DNA of 64,000 nt from Octopus vulgaris (Eukaryota), in contig OX597834.1 of assembly GCA_951406725.2 (NCBI GenBank), forward strand, positions 14,818,001 through 14,882,000, written 5' to 3'. The notes under the pieces are model-generated. The model was given only the letters and a program-made list of their open reading frames with translations. It was not told the origin of the DNA and ran no database searches. The position numbers and the translations under genes are program-made. Shown piece by piece: positions 41,962 through 56,473 of the stretch (its first letter is position 1; each line of letters starts with the position of its first letter).

Positions 41962-42274
41962 ATTTGTTTATATATCTATATATATAATATATAAATATAC
42001 ACACGGGTAGTCACGCAGACATGTATATCCTCATATATATATGCATATGCCTTTATGCATAGATGACAATAGTTGCATAGGTATGTGTGTGGATGAATAA
42101 ACATAAAAGTACATGCCATGTATTGAAGCATTAAAAAAAACAAAATACAAGCAACCAATAAAAACAAAAAAAAAGATGAACGAGAAATGTATGACAGAAT
42201 GTATGCGTGGGTGTAAACAAATATATGTATGTGTTCGTATATATTCAAAGGTACATACATAAATACGTACACCC

Positions 42275-42307
<33 letters not shown>

Positions 42308-42319
42308 TAAATAAATAAA

Positions 42320-42353
<34 letters not shown>

Positions 42354-42543
42354 GCACTTTATGTTCTTGGTTCTAATATTATAGAAGTTAACTTTGTAAG
42401 TCAGTCCCCCAGGAGCGATAAAGAAAATTACCATTTGACACTGTAGACGATTCTCACACAAACACTCTCATATATATATATATATTATAGAGAGAGGGGG
42501 GAGAGAGATATAGAGAGGGGATAGATAGGGGGAGAGAGAAAGA

Positions 42544-42696
<153 letters not shown>

Positions 42697-42717
42697 CATA
42701 TGTGGAGTTTGGCTCAC

Positions 42718-43053
42718 TTGTGATCTAAACGAGTAAGTACGCTGAGTAAGTCCTATAATTGGTCATTCACTAGGTTCCAACTTCACAGCTGAGGCTGGAG
42801 CTAGCGACCCCGTTGTAGGCTTCTATGCCAGCAGTTATATATTAAAGGAAAAGAAAAGTAAAAACAAGGCAGGACGAGTATCTCAGACCATTCAGAATAT
42901 TTAATTAGAGTAAAGTGAATCAAAAATGCAGAAATAGTAATTAAAAAAACACAGTAAAATTCTACTCCTTTTTTGATTCAACTTATTCTAATTAAATATT
43001 CTAAGCGACCTGAGATGCCCCTGCTGCCTATGTTTTGTATTCCTTTCTCCTTT
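42718..43053. repeat. Family C repeat with an inverted partial copy
   Basis: 42844-42926 pairs imperfectly with 42970-43053 (core AGAATATTTAATTAGA / TCTAATTAAATATTCT). Confidence 0.7.
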
Positions 43054-43369
43054 TACACATATTATATGTACATGTGTGCGTGTTTGTGAGTGTAGAGTGT
43101 GTGTTTATGGGGATATATATATATGTATAAAATTATGACCGAGGTTATCTAATTGATACCTCCACGCTGGAAATAGGAGTCAACACTTGACTCTAAAACT
43201 ACATTAAATGTACATATAGCACCAGGAGAGCAGATCGATCTTCGTAAGGCTCAATTCCTAACACGCCAGCTGAATTCAATTCGTCTCCAGTCGAAAGACG
43301 CATGTTGTGTTGTCCTTTTATTATTATTATTATTGTTTTTTCGTATTATTCTTATTTTTATTCGTGTAA

Positions 43370-43560
43370 CATCGTCCGTTTGTCCGTCCTTTTTCGTATA
43401 CATTCGAAGCTTTTTTCCAAGGAATCTAATGCTCTTAGCTTAGTTTTTCCTTGGGGCTTGCCAGATTGGAGCAATCTCAAGATTAATCAGCCTAAATTGC
43501 GAGGATGATCCGATTCTTGATTGAAGATTAAAGGCTTCGAATGACCCGTCCGTTTTTTTT
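43370..43560 (+). repeat. Unclassified repeat (family E)
   Basis: TACATTCG..TCTAATGCTCTTAGCTTAG..ATCTCAAG shared with ~51890-52070; a related reverse fragment lies at ~58140-58260. Confidence 0.6.
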
Positions 43561-43602
43561 TTTTCTGTATCGTCGTCTGGATGGTTTGCGTTCTTGTCCC
43601 AT

Positions 43603-43805
43603 GTTACCTCGTGTGTACCGTTGGCGATTTTTTTTCCTCTGTCTTCCCTTTTCTGGATCTTTCCTTCTCCTATGTTTCCGACGAAGAGCTCCGCTCGAAA
43701 CTTAAAACCCTCCTTCTTCCCTTCCTTCCTGAGCGTCCAATAATACTATATTTGTTCCACGTCCTCGCGTTGTGGTGTTTTCTCTTTGTGTTATCATGTT
43801 TGGAT

Positions 43806-43810
<5 letters not shown>
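43603..43810 (+). mobile_element. ~200-bp TA-anchored repeat (family H2) with hammerhead-like motif at 43674-43708
   Basis: Matches 61135-61340; GTTT CCGACGA A GAGC-TCC-GCTC GAAAC TTA AAAC. Confidence 0.6.
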
Positions 43811-43861
<51 letters not shown>

Positions 43862-43903
43862 TATGTTAATCCATAACATGATATACATATAAGAGAAAAC
43901 ACC

Positions 43904-43939
<36 letters not shown>

Positions 43940-44866
43940 GTATGTATCTATATAGAGAAAAAAACTCACGGTCAGAGAGAATGACAGACAGACGAACACA
44001 TAGATAGATAGGAAAACAGACAGATACATGAGGTAAACGACCTCGGCATGTTTGACTCTTACAAGTTTCAACTCACAAAGCATTGCTAAGTCGGAGATAA
44101 AGATTTCAGGCAACTCTCCTTCTACTTCAATAGGGATCATACATAAACGTAAGCTCTTAATAAATACATACATACATACATAGATATATATATATATATA
44201 TATATATGTTAGGGCACTAAAGTCTTAACTGCAAAAGCATGTCTGCGAGAGCGTGTGCGATGTTTGCTTGTATCTGCATTTGTACATTTGCAAGTGGCTT
44301 TGTGTAAACATACGTAATTTTCTGCATATGTGGAGGAGTTGTAAAGGTTTTTTTCTTGAACAATTATTCATGCAAGACCTCGTCTGCTTCAATATAACTG
44401 CGATTGCGTCTTATTCACGTCATTTCCCCACACTTCCTCCGTCTTTCCCTCCCCCCTCTCTCTCTCTCTCTCTCTCTGTCATTCCTAATAGTCTTGCAAC
44501 TCTCCCCCCCCCCCCACCCTCATCGCGTTTTCTGCTACACGGTTTGTTTTTTTTGTTTTCTTTTAAGCATTTGCGGCTTATCAGCATGAAAGATTTATTG
44601 GAGGAAACGACTTGAAAATGGATGAATGGAGAGGAAACTATATATATATTTATAAGTATATATGTGTGTGCTTATATATATATATACATATATATATGTG
44701 TGTGTGTGTGTATATATGTATGTATGTTTGTATGTATGTATGCATGTATGTATGTATAAATATAGATATGTTTTAATACAAGCTTACATATAAGCAGTAT
44801 ATATATATATATATATATGTATATAGACATTATATATATATATATATATTTATATATGTATGTATG

Positions 44867-44954
<88 letters not shown>

Positions 44955-45398
44955 TATGTATATAAACCTGTATTTGTATATATCAAGGTTTATATACATG
45001 TATATATATAATTTTTTTATATTATGGATATACAATATATTTATAATATATCTTATATACATAATATTATGTATGTATGTATGTATGTATATATGTATGT
45101 ATATTTCTATGTGTGTATGTATGTACAAAGAAAGACAGAAGGAGGTCAACTTTATAATTAGCTCTCCGAAACGATTTCGACATGGTAATGAGCCATATTT
45201 ATGCGATTGCAGACTTCTGAAGAATAAAAGAACAATGGTAAACAAACGCTTATCAATCGGTCATGGCGGCATGTTACATGAATGCCATGGATATACATGC
45301 ATACATACATATTTGCATATTGGATACACGCAGACATTACGACACAGATTCGCCCTTTCTCTTACATTCGCTATCCCTTATCAACGGCTGATAGACAT

Positions 45399-45441
<43 letters not shown>

Positions 45442-45605
45442 TTTGTCTACTATATTATATTCCGACATCTTGTTTATGTACCGATTCTTCACTCTCTACG
45501 TTTTTCCTTGCTTTCCTTCTAGATTTTTCTTCATTTTTTTTTTCACATTTTATGCGACTATCATTAATGTTAATGCTGCTGATAGTACTACTAATAATAA
45601 TGATA

Positions 45606-45654
<49 letters not shown>

Positions 45655-45864
45655 CAACAACAACAACAACTACTACAATAATAATAACAATAATAATAAT
45701 AGTAATAATAATAATAATAATGGTTAAAAATAATAATATGCTGTTATGCGGGAGGGAATGAGTCGATTATATCGACCGCAGTGTTTAACTGGTACTTATT
45801 TTATCGACCCCGAAGTGATAAAGGCAAACCTCTCGGAAGTTTAATAATAATAATAATAATAATA

Positions 45865-45943
<79 letters not shown>

Positions 45944-45946
45944 TGA

Positions 45947-46098
45947 TTAACGCGTAAGTGGCTGAGCACTCCACAGACACGTGCACCCTTAACGTAGTTC
46001 TCGAGGATATTCAGCGTGACACAGAGAGTGACAAGGCCGGCCCTTTGAAATACATGTACAACAGAAACAGGAAGTAAAAGTGAGAGAAGGTTGTGGTT
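45947..46098 (-). mobile_element. Family D SINE internal fragment
   Basis: Matches 55380-55530. Confidence 0.8.
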
Positions 46099-46475
46099 AA
46101 TAATAGTTCTGATGTAGTACCAGTTAGTGGCTCTCGTGGCTCTGATCTTAACTGTTTGGAAGTGTTGTCATATACATTGTTTTGTCTAGGTAGAAATGAT
46201 GGGCTACAGCAAATATTCTCCTCAATATCACAGATTTGCTTGCCAGTTATTTGATCATAAACAGTTGGCCATGTCCCTTAGTGACTGACGATATGTGCAT
46301 CTCTGATCACGAGCAGAAGCAGAGGGGGAGCATCATAGCCATGTGTTGTGAGGAATTGGGGGGGGGGGGGGGCTTGGATAATACACCCTTGTAAACCTGG
46401 GTGTTTCGTTCAACATCCTTAAACAACACTTCTTGAGGGGCCTTTTTAACAGGATCGGCTACTCGACTTCAAAAA

Positions 46476-47020
46476 TTGATACTGAAAACAGTGTTCAATG
46501 CAAAATACAAGATAACAGTTATGAACACTCTAGCCATTCCAGTTATAAGCTACAGCTACAATACTCTAAATGAACTAATCAAAATAGACAGGAAATCAAG
46601 AAAAAGAATGACAGGATTTAGGATTCACCACACAAAATCTGACATAGAAACGCTATATTTACAACGTATTGAAGCTGGTTTAGGCCTTGTGCAACTAGAA
46701 AACCATTATAAAATAACCACCAAAGGACTACAGAAATACCTACTTTAGAAGCAAGTAAAACTAACACAAATAGGCACAAAATTCGAACGAAACAAAAAAA
46801 TGTTTTCTGCTCTGAAGAATCTGACAGAAACAAAAAAGAAGTCATAATACCATGAAGAAGAAGATGAAACAAAAAGAGATGAGCAACAATTGAAATCCAA
46901 GCAACGTATTATTATAGGACGATGGTAAGAAAATCCCATCCATGGTAAATATTAGGCAAAATCCCGAGAACGGCTGAGAGACTCAGGATTCAATGCAGAA
47001 GCTGAAGGATTTTTAATTGG
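46476..47020 (+). pseudogene. R4/Dong-clade non-LTR retrotransposon, RT-thumb region remnant
   Basis: ILKTVFNAKYKITVMNTLAIPVISYS..KIDRKSRKRMT..HHTKSDIETLYLQRIEAGLGL, then HGKY..SGFNAEAEGFLI; matches the HP+SD++RLY+PR..GGRGL and L..ETEG motifs of R4-type RTs. Confidence 0.8.
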
Positions 47021-47074
47021 TCGTGGTGTCGATGATGTCAACGCGTATGAAAGGGTGTAGATGACAGTGTTCGC

Positions 47075-47110
<36 letters not shown>

Positions 47111-47166
47111 AACATCGATGAATACGATTATGTTGGTGAGGATGATCATGATGTAGGTGATATTGT

Positions 47167-47206
<40 letters not shown>

Positions 47207-47358
47207 ACAACAACAACATCAGCAGCAGCTGCAGCATCACCATAGGAATTATAATGGCAGCTATGGTGGTGAAGATGTTCATCATGGTCGTGCCCGTTAG
47301 CATAGACATCCTCATCAGCATCAGCAACACCCCATCATCATCATCATCATCATCATGG

Positions 47359-47395
<37 letters not shown>

Positions 47396-48267
47396 TCTCA
47401 TACCCATTATCATGATGACAACATCACCATCATCATCGTCGTCTTCAACATTGTCATTGTCATCATCACCACCATCCTCATAGCTATCGTCATCATAGTC
47501 ATCATCATCATCACCATAATGATCATCATAGTTATCATCATCAAGGTCAACATCACCGTCACCATCGTCATCATTATTGTCTTCGTCATCATCATCATCA
47601 TCATCAACAACAACATCAGCAGCAGCTGCAGCATCACCGTAAGAATTATCATGGCAGCTATGGTGGTGAGGATGTTCCTCATGGTCGTACACATTAGCAT
47701 AATCATCATCAGCATCAGCAACACCCTCAGTACCATCATCCTCAACGTCATCATCATCATCATTATCATCATCATCATCCTCACTACCACGACCATCATC
47801 ACCATCGTCATCATCATCATCATCATCATCATCATAGCTATCATCATGAAGGGCAACATCACCATCATCATCGTCATCATTATCGACGTCGTCGTCATCA
47901 TCATCAACATAGCTATTATCATCATGGACAACATCACCATCATCATCGTCGTCATCAACATTGTCTTCATCATCATCACCACCATCCTCATAACTATCGT
48001 CATCATAGTCAACATCATCATTATCATCATCATCATCAACATAGCTAATATTATCATGGACAACATCACCGTCATCATCGTCGTCATCAACATTGTCATC
48101 GTCATCATCACCACCATCCTCATAGCTATCGTCATTATTGTCAACATCAGCATCATCATCGTCGTCATCATCATCACCATAATGATAATCATAGCTATCA
48201 TCATCAAGGTCAACATCACCGTCACCATCGTCATCATTATGGTCTTCGTCATCGTCATCGTCATCAC

Positions 48268-48298
<31 letters not shown>

Positions 48299-48472
48299 GC
48301 CTTCATAGCCATTATCATGATGGGCAACATCACCATCATCATCGTCGTCCTCAACATCGTCATCATCGTCATCACCAGCATCCTCATAGCTATCGTCATC
48401 ATAGTCAACATCACCATCATCATCACCACCATCATCATCATCACCACCAACATCATCATCATCATCATCACC

Positions 48473-48564
<92 letters not shown>

Positions 48565-48604
48565 CATCATCATCACCACCAACATCATCATCATCACCAC
48601 CACC

Positions 48605-48665
<61 letters not shown>

Positions 48666-48724
48666 CCATCATCATCACCACCATCATCATCATCACCACC
48701 AACATCATCATCATCATCATCACC

Positions 48725-48809
<85 letters not shown>

Positions 48810-48859
48810 CCACCACCACCACCATCAGTAATAGCAACATCATCATCATCATCATCATC
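47075..48859. repeat. 1.8-kb (ATC)n-derived tract with higher-order repeats
   Basis: Blocks ~47200-47335 and ~47600-47730 are duplicates; ~47415-47590 resembles ~48055-48250; ~120-bp units occur at 48410-48830. Confidence 0.9.
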
Positions 48860-49020
48860 GCGGTTTCGATTCTCAGACCGGGCGTTGTGTGTGTTTATTG
48901 AGCGAAAAGCACCTAAAAAGCTCTACGAGGCTCCGGCATTGTGGTGATCCCTGCTGTACTCTTTCACCACAATGGCGGTGCCCCAGCATGGCCACAGCTC
49001 AAGAGCTGAAACTGGAAAAA
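48857..49020 (+). mobile_element. 5'-truncated family D SINE fused to a family-A-like tail
   Basis: ATCGCGGTTTCGATTC..CTCTTTCACCACAA runs directly into GGCGGTGCCCCAGCATGGCCACAG..CTGAAAC. Confidence 0.7.
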
Positions 49021-49037
49021 CAAAACAAACAAAACAA

Positions 49038-49086
<49 letters not shown>

Positions 49087-49147
49087 ATTTTTCTTCTTCG
49101 TAATGTTGTTATAGTTGATGTTGAACTTGTTGATGCTGTTATTGTAG

Positions 49148-49194
<47 letters not shown>

Positions 49195-49487
49195 GCATTG
49201 CTTGCTGCTTATTGCACACATCAAACGAATCACTTTACGCTATCGACGTTGCCTAGTGATTTTAGAGGGTCGTAACCAGATTGATCACGTTACACAGGTC
49301 GAAGTAACCAATACATTGAAAACTATACGTGAATGGGTAGAACGTATGAACGTGTGTACGTACATACGTGTACCGAAATCAGAAGCCTTATCTGTGTCTG
49401 TGCGTATGTGCATATGGATATATATATATATATATATTTATATATAAATACATATACTAAACAGGTGCACGTAGGTCAGTGGGCTCC

Positions 49488-49629
<142 letters not shown>

Positions 49630-49687
49630 CGTATATATGTATGTATGTATATATATATATATATATGTATGTATATATGTATGTATG

Positions 49688-49719
<32 letters not shown>

Positions 49720-49789
49720 TATATAAGTTTATGTGTGAAAGGTTTTGTCTATATGTATGTACATATATACATATATGTGTGTATGTGTG

Positions 49790-49829
<40 letters not shown>

Positions 49830-50248
49830 TACATATATACATTTCATTATCGAAGTCCAATGCACTCACACATGTATATGTACATATACACAGGACGGAT
49901 ACAGGTATATGTATGTATATGTATGTATATGTATGTATGTGCGTGTGCGTATGTGTGTACAGATACGTATGTGTGTGTGTATGGATATATGTGTGTGCAT
50001 GTATGTGTTTGTGTGCATAGATGTGTACAAGGAAAATTGTTAGGCATAATAATGACATTAGTAACATTGCTGATGCCTCATAGAAGATGTTTAACCGACA
50101 CACAGAACTTTCACCCCGAGTAAAATAATATATTTATCACAAACACACACACACACACACACATATATATGGGTATATATATATATATACATATGTATAT
50201 ATATATATATATATACACATATGTATACTTATATGTACACATACACTC

Positions 50249-50285
<37 letters not shown>

Positions 50286-50462
50286 TATATATACATGTAT
50301 GTGTGTACGTATGTACCCTTAAATATAATTTTGTAGATGTATGCGTATACTTATGCATAGATACACACACAAGCACAAATGTGTGTGTGTAAATATATAT
50401 ATATATATATATACATATAGATGTTTACATGTATATATTTGCATATGAAATGTGTGTATATA

Positions 50463-50504
<42 letters not shown>

Positions 50505-51393
50505 TTATCTATGTATGCATGTGTGGATGTATGTGTATATACTCGTACATGTATATGTATGCTTCCGTACTACTTACGAATATACAAATATTCACCCTCA
50601 CATACATTCAGATGTACACATCGCCATGTACATACTTATATACGTATAAATGCACTTACACATACATTGACTCTGTGTATGCTTGCGTGTGTGTGAGTAG
50701 GTATCTGTGCTAGCTTGTATACTTATATGGACGAATACATCAAACTACCTCCATACATACATATACATAACAATATAATTATAACGGCAATTAGACGGAG
50801 ATTGGGAGACACTGAGATGCCGATTCTCTAGTAAACCAGTACAATATTTTTGTTGTTGCACTAATTTTTTTTATATATTCTTTCAATGGCTGTTGCATTG
50901 CGGAGGCAGTGAGCCAGAGAATAGAGATTATATTTAGTTGATTTGCCAATACTGTGTTATTGACTACATATTAAAAGCATTTTTCCATATTATCTGCCCA
51001 TTGTCCCGGCGCGCACAGAATCTCATGATTGCGGTTACAGGCGGCCATAAAGACATGTACAGGTTGCTGACTCAAATCCATTTACACGCGTTAACACACT
51101 CTCTCGCGGGAGTACGTACGTATTCGTAGACATGCGTTTGTGTGTACGCCTCTGTGTGTGTGTGTTCGCGTGTATGTGTTTTTGTGTATGTATGTATGTA
51201 TTCAACCACGCATATCTATGCACACCCATACGACCATATAGACATACACATAGATGTATTTACATATACTTAATTATATATACATGCGCACACAGACGCA
51301 TACACACATATATTTATAAATATATATACATATTTATAAATATATATATACATATTTATATACATATTTATAAATATATATACATATTTATAA

Positions 51394-51445
<52 letters not shown>

Positions 51446-51584
51446 TTCCTTTCTCATTGTGTTCGACGTTTTTTTGGGGTGTCCTGTATATGCATGTATA
51501 TATACATATAGATGTAGGTACATACGCATAAGTATATATGCATATGTTTTATTTATTATGCTACGATTCTAGATGCAAACCCTG

Positions 51585-51638
<54 letters not shown>

Positions 51639-52512
51639 TGTATCCCGCTGTCCCCTACCCATCCCTCCATCCTTCCACTTGACCGGTATCCGGTCTTCCA
51701 TGATCATTCTTTCTTGGCCTGACTGCCGACCGTCAACGCCTCTTGTGTCCGTCTCCTATGTTCCTGCTTTTAGGCTTTCAGTTCATGCACACACCAGTTC
51801 AATTTGATTCGTTCTCTGTCGAAAGACCCCTGCTGTTATTTCTTGTTGTATATATTCGTAATAGTGTAACATATTCTCGGTTTTTTTTTTGTCTTTTGTC
51901 TTTGTTGCCGTACACATTCGCTAGCTTTCTTACAAAGGGGTCTAATGCTCTTAGCTTAGACGTTTGGGAGGTAACCAGATCGAACCATCTCAAGTGTAAC
52001 TGCCCCAAATAGTCGTGACTTCTGGTACTTGACTGATGAAAGAAAGCCACAAATGACCTGTCTTTTTTTGCCTGTCCTTCTAATTGGGGTTTCCTCTTGT
52101 CCATCTTTGTTTCGTCTATCTGTCCAAATTCTTTAGTGTCCTGTATTGCATTTTTCATCCATTTTTACATATATCTATGTGTGTATGTGTGTGTGCGGGC
52201 GCGCGTGTGTGTGTTTCAACTATGGGCGGTGCTCAAGTATGGCCGCAGTCAATTGACTGAAACAAGTAAAAGACTATATAAATGTTCTCAGTACTACGAG
52301 TCATGATTATGGATGACGGTTAAACGTACAATATTTTTATCCCACAAATATCCTTGGTATTACAATCTGGAAGTAATGAGAGATTATGAAACGTTTAAGG
52401 GTCTATGAAATCTAGCAGGACTAAACAATTAATGGATTCCCAAGTTACAAGTTGGAATTTCTTAGGAATAGATATTATATGGTAGGATTGTTTTGAGTGA
52501 CATCTTAAATCT

Positions 52513-52833
52513 CTCTTTTTCCTTTGCGCCCTTTTCAAGCCTCATGGACCCGGTTTCCCGGTCTCTGTGGCGTATGTGCCCCGTCCCTCCCAGCTGGACG
52601 GGGCGCCAGTCCATCGCAGCGTTACTCAAGAAACAGGAAGAAAGAGTGAGAGTAAGTTGGGGTGAAAGAGTACAACAGGGATCGCCACCCACCCCCTCTA
52701 CCGGAGCCTCGTGGAGCTTTAAGTGTTTTCGTTCAATATACACATACAACGCCCGGTCTGGGAATCGGAACTGCGATCCTCCGACCGCGAAATCTGCTGC
52801 CCTTAACCGCTGGGCCATTGCGCCTCCACACAG
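52513..52833 (-). mobile_element. Family D head with alternative tail 3 and 9-bp TSD
   Basis: Tail reads CTGCGATGGACTGGCGCCCCGTCCAG..GAAACCGGG; TSD CTTAAATCT at 52504-52512 and 52834-52842. Confidence 0.85.
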
Positions 52834-54755
52834 CTTAAATCTACCACATTTAGTTTACAGTCTACGGATGTAGGATATAATAGAGCGACCTGCAAACGTA
52901 TGAATGAGGTGAATGTGAATGCACTCGACTCTGATGGAGTCACCGACGATAAGAAATATACAGGAAATTGAATGAAATATCCATTTAACAATATTACAAA
53001 GAGATAACAATGAAACCGTTTATTTTACGTATGTATTATTACTTTTCTTTGTTTTTACGATGATGTATTTATCGTTGCTATTATGCAAGAGTGTCGTAAG
53101 TCCAAGAGGTTGGTGTTTCAGAAAAGGAAGAAATAATTTTACCATTCTATAGCAAAAACGTTGTATAACACTTTGACAAATTTTGATGTTTTCGCATCAG
53201 AAGCAAATGGAGATATGATAGTTTGACCAAAAGAATCGGCTATTGCAAGCACAAATAAATATTGAGGAAGAAACGCATTTGGTCAAATCTGGACATACGA
53301 CAGTTTAAGATAATTACAACGACAGGTCGTTGTAATTACAACGCAGATGTAGGCAATTACAACAATAATTACAACGCAGATGTAGGCAAATGATGTAGAA
53401 AGTTTAAAATTGTGTCCGATTCGTATAATTTTGCATATTTTATAGATTTTCATTTATCCATAAGGTATAATGGGAAATCAAATATTTAGATTTTTCAAAT
53501 TTCGATATCATTAAGTGGTTATAAATGCACTCAGAGTTCGTATATTGTAATCATGTAGAATTTTCGCAACGTTTGGATTTTGTTGTTGTTTTTGCTATAG
53601 TGATTTTGTTATGATTTTCTTGTTCTTTTTGGTTTATTGTGGCTAGCCAATTATAACCAGGTAACTGCGTGCTCGTCGGCTTATTTTAGGAGTGGTCATA
53701 GCATTTCAAACCCTTGATTATACAATAAACAATATACGTAAATGTCCTTAGCTTACTAGCTATCTATACTTGTATGGTGTTCTTTGGAATTGTTCTGAAT
53801 ACATAGGTACAACATCGTTCAGACTCACATGAAATGTTTTCCATCTCATCTCCCTTAAGATGAATGCGTATAAGCATTGCGCCAAACAAATGTTGAACAA
53901 CCTCAAAATCTCGCTTTAAGTTCAAATAGTCTGAGTTCGAACCGTGCTAAAATCGATTTAGTATTTACTCGCGCTGGGGCTGATAAAACATATAGCACGG
54001 TTGAAATATTTTGAGCAAGCTCTAAGTTATTGTCTCAAGAGGTTTATTTTGTTACTAGCGTTTGGATGTTGCTAATGATTAGCACATGAAATGACCTCTA
54101 TAGATGTATGTAATCTTTAACATGATTCAGCCGGTTGCTGGTTTGCTGGGGCAGTAATATTGAGAAATTACAACTACACATCCCACTATGTTTCGAAATC
54201 ACGATCCTTTGCATTTAGGTAGACATGATAACCACTATAACACGAAACCATTTCGGTTATGCAATTTTCCAGCATCGTTAAGTAGAAGTGATTTTAATCA
54301 ATTTGAGATGGAGATTCTTGCAGAATATGGTGCTGAAATCTTCGACAATTTCGACTTTCGTTTTCATATAGTTGGTGTTGCCTATGTTCTTATAACCTAA
54401 TCTTGATAATCTTCTCACTGGTCTTATAACAAAGGACGACTTTTAGGCTGACATTGCATTGAAGTTACCTTCTATAGGTCACTGCTTTATATTTCTGGTA
54501 TTTATCAGTGTCGCGCCTTATGCCCACCCAAGTGGTTAAAATTGCGCTTCACAACGAGTGAGCTCTTTCAATTTGCTTCATGGTATCTTGAACAAATGCC
54601 ACAATCTCTACTCTAAGGTTCATCTCCAGATTGTAAATAAACCTGGGCTGATGCAAAGTATATAGAAGCCTGTTGGAGAGAGTGGACATGTAAAACGAAA
54701 AAAGTACAGCTTTGTCGAAAATTCAGTTACACTGTTCCTGCAAGGAGAGTGATAT

Positions 54756-55166
54756 TCTTTTCTACTCTAGGCACAAGACCCGAAATTTTGGGGGAGGGAG
54801 CCAGTCGATTAAGTCGACCTCAGTATTAACTGATACTTAATTAACTGATACTTAATTTATAGATCTCGAAAGGATGAAAGGCAAAGTCGACCTCGGCGGA
54901 ATTTGAACTCAGAACGAAGCGGCAGGCGAAATACCTATTTCTTTATTACCCACAAGGGGCTAAACATAGAGGGGACAAACAAGGACATACATAGGTATTA
55001 AGTCGATTACATCGACCCCAGTGCGTAACTGGTACTTAATTTATCGACCCCGAAAGGATGAAAGGCAAAGTCGACCTCGGCGGAATTTGAACTCAGAACG
55101 TAGCGGCAGGCGAAATACCGCATAGTATTTCGCCCGGCGTGCTAACGTTTCTGCCAGCTCGTCCCC
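54756..55166 (-). mobile_element. Family B SINE heterodimer with 17-bp TSD
   Basis: TSD TGCAAGGAGA(G/A)TGATAT at 54739-54755 and 55169-55185; unit junction near 54931. Confidence 0.9.
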
Positions 55167-55304
55167 TATGCAAGGAGAATGATATGAATAGGATATGTGT
55201 CTCCGGAATGCTGGGTCTCATACATCTTAACTCAGGGATAGGTAATCGAACGACTGAATTTTCAATGGTGAGGTTCGGAGATTCCAAGCGTTACGTATCG
55301 AGAT

Positions 55305-55692
55305 ATGTGGAAGCACTCCGTCGGTTACGACGACGAGGGTTCCGGTTGATCCGATCAACGGAACAGCCTGCTCGTGAAATTAACGTGTAAGTGGCTGAGC
55401 ACTCCACAGACACGTGTACCCTTAACGTAGTTCTCGGGGATATTCAGCGTGACACAGAGAGTGACAAGGCCGGCCCTTTGAAATACAGATACAACAGAAA
55501 CAGGAAGTAAGAGTGAGAGAAAGTTGTGGTGAAAGAGTACAGCAGGGATCACCACCATCCCCTGCCGGAGCCTCGTGGAGCTTTTAGGTGTTTTCGCTCA
55601 ATAAACACTCACAACGCCCGGTCTGGGAATCGAAACCGCGATCCTACGACCGCGAGTCCGCTGCCCTAACCACTGGGCCATTGCTCCTCCAC
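55305..55692 (-). mobile_element. Family D SINE, full length, 9-bp TSD
   Basis: Near-identical to 1999-2380; TSD TATCGAGAT at 55296-55304 and 55693-55701. Confidence 0.92.
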
Positions 55693-55867
55693 TATCGAGA
55701 TTTGTATGATGTTTACGTTTAGATTTAAGGAATCAATCATACAAAATACATTATTTTCAGCTTCAAAATGCATAATTTTACTCTCTCACTGTTTTATCTT
55801 AGATTTTGATCTTCTGTTGTAACTTCGGGAAAAAAGTTCCTGCCGAGGTTGGTCTGTGCCGAGGAAA

Positions 55868-56473
55868 GGCAGCGAGCTGGCAGAATCGTTAGCACGCCGG
55901 GCGAAATGCGTAGCCGTATTTCGTCTCCCGATACGTTCTGAGTTCAAATTCCGCCGAGGTCGACTTTGCCTTTCATCCTATCGGGGTCGATAAATTAAGT
56001 ACCAGTTACGCACTGGGATCGATGTAATCGACTTAATCCTTTTGTCTGTCCTTGTTTGTCCCCTCTATGTTTAGCCCCTTGTGGGTAGTAAAGAAATAGG
56101 TATTTTGTCTGCCGCTACGTTCTGAGTTCAAATTCCGCCGAGGTCGACTTTGCCTTTCATCCTTTCGGGGTCGATAAATTAAGTACCAGTTGCGCACTGG
56201 GGTCGATGTAATCGACTTAATCCATTTGTCTGTCCTTGTTTGTCCCCTCTATGTTTAGCCCCTTGTGGGTAGTAAAGAAATAGGTATTTCGTCTCCCATT
56301 ACGTTCTCAGTTCAAATTCCGCCGAGGTCGACTTTGCCTGTCGTCCTTTCGGGTTCGATAAATTAAGTACCAGTTACGCACTGGGGTCGATGTACTCGAC
56401 TTAATCCTTTTGTCTGTCCTTGTTTGTCCCCTCTATATTTAGCCCATTGTGGGTAATAAAGAAATAGGTATTT
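55868..56473 (+). mobile_element. Family B SINE: one head plus three 184-bp tandem units
   Basis: GTATTT unit starts at 55916, 56100, 56284 and 56468. Confidence 0.92.

Noticed and set aside
47410-48901. 482-aa Met-rich and 460-aa Ile-rich ORFs
   Set aside because: Alternative frames of the (ATC)n tract with implausible compositions.
52033-52060. CTGATGA as a hammerhead core
   Set aside because: No stem II or GAAAC-NUH arrangement follows.
51799-52158. 119-aa ORF similar to ORF 58084-58314
   Set aside because: The similarity comes from a shared dispersed repeat (family E); no recognisable domain.
53330-53390. Short tandem duplication AATTACAACGCAGATGTAGGCAA (similar cases at 7241-7273 and 59449-59495)
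   Set aside because: Ordinary slippage duplications.
55916-56473. CRISPR-like or satellite array
   Set aside because: Contiguous 184-bp SINE units with no spacers, in a eukaryotic context.
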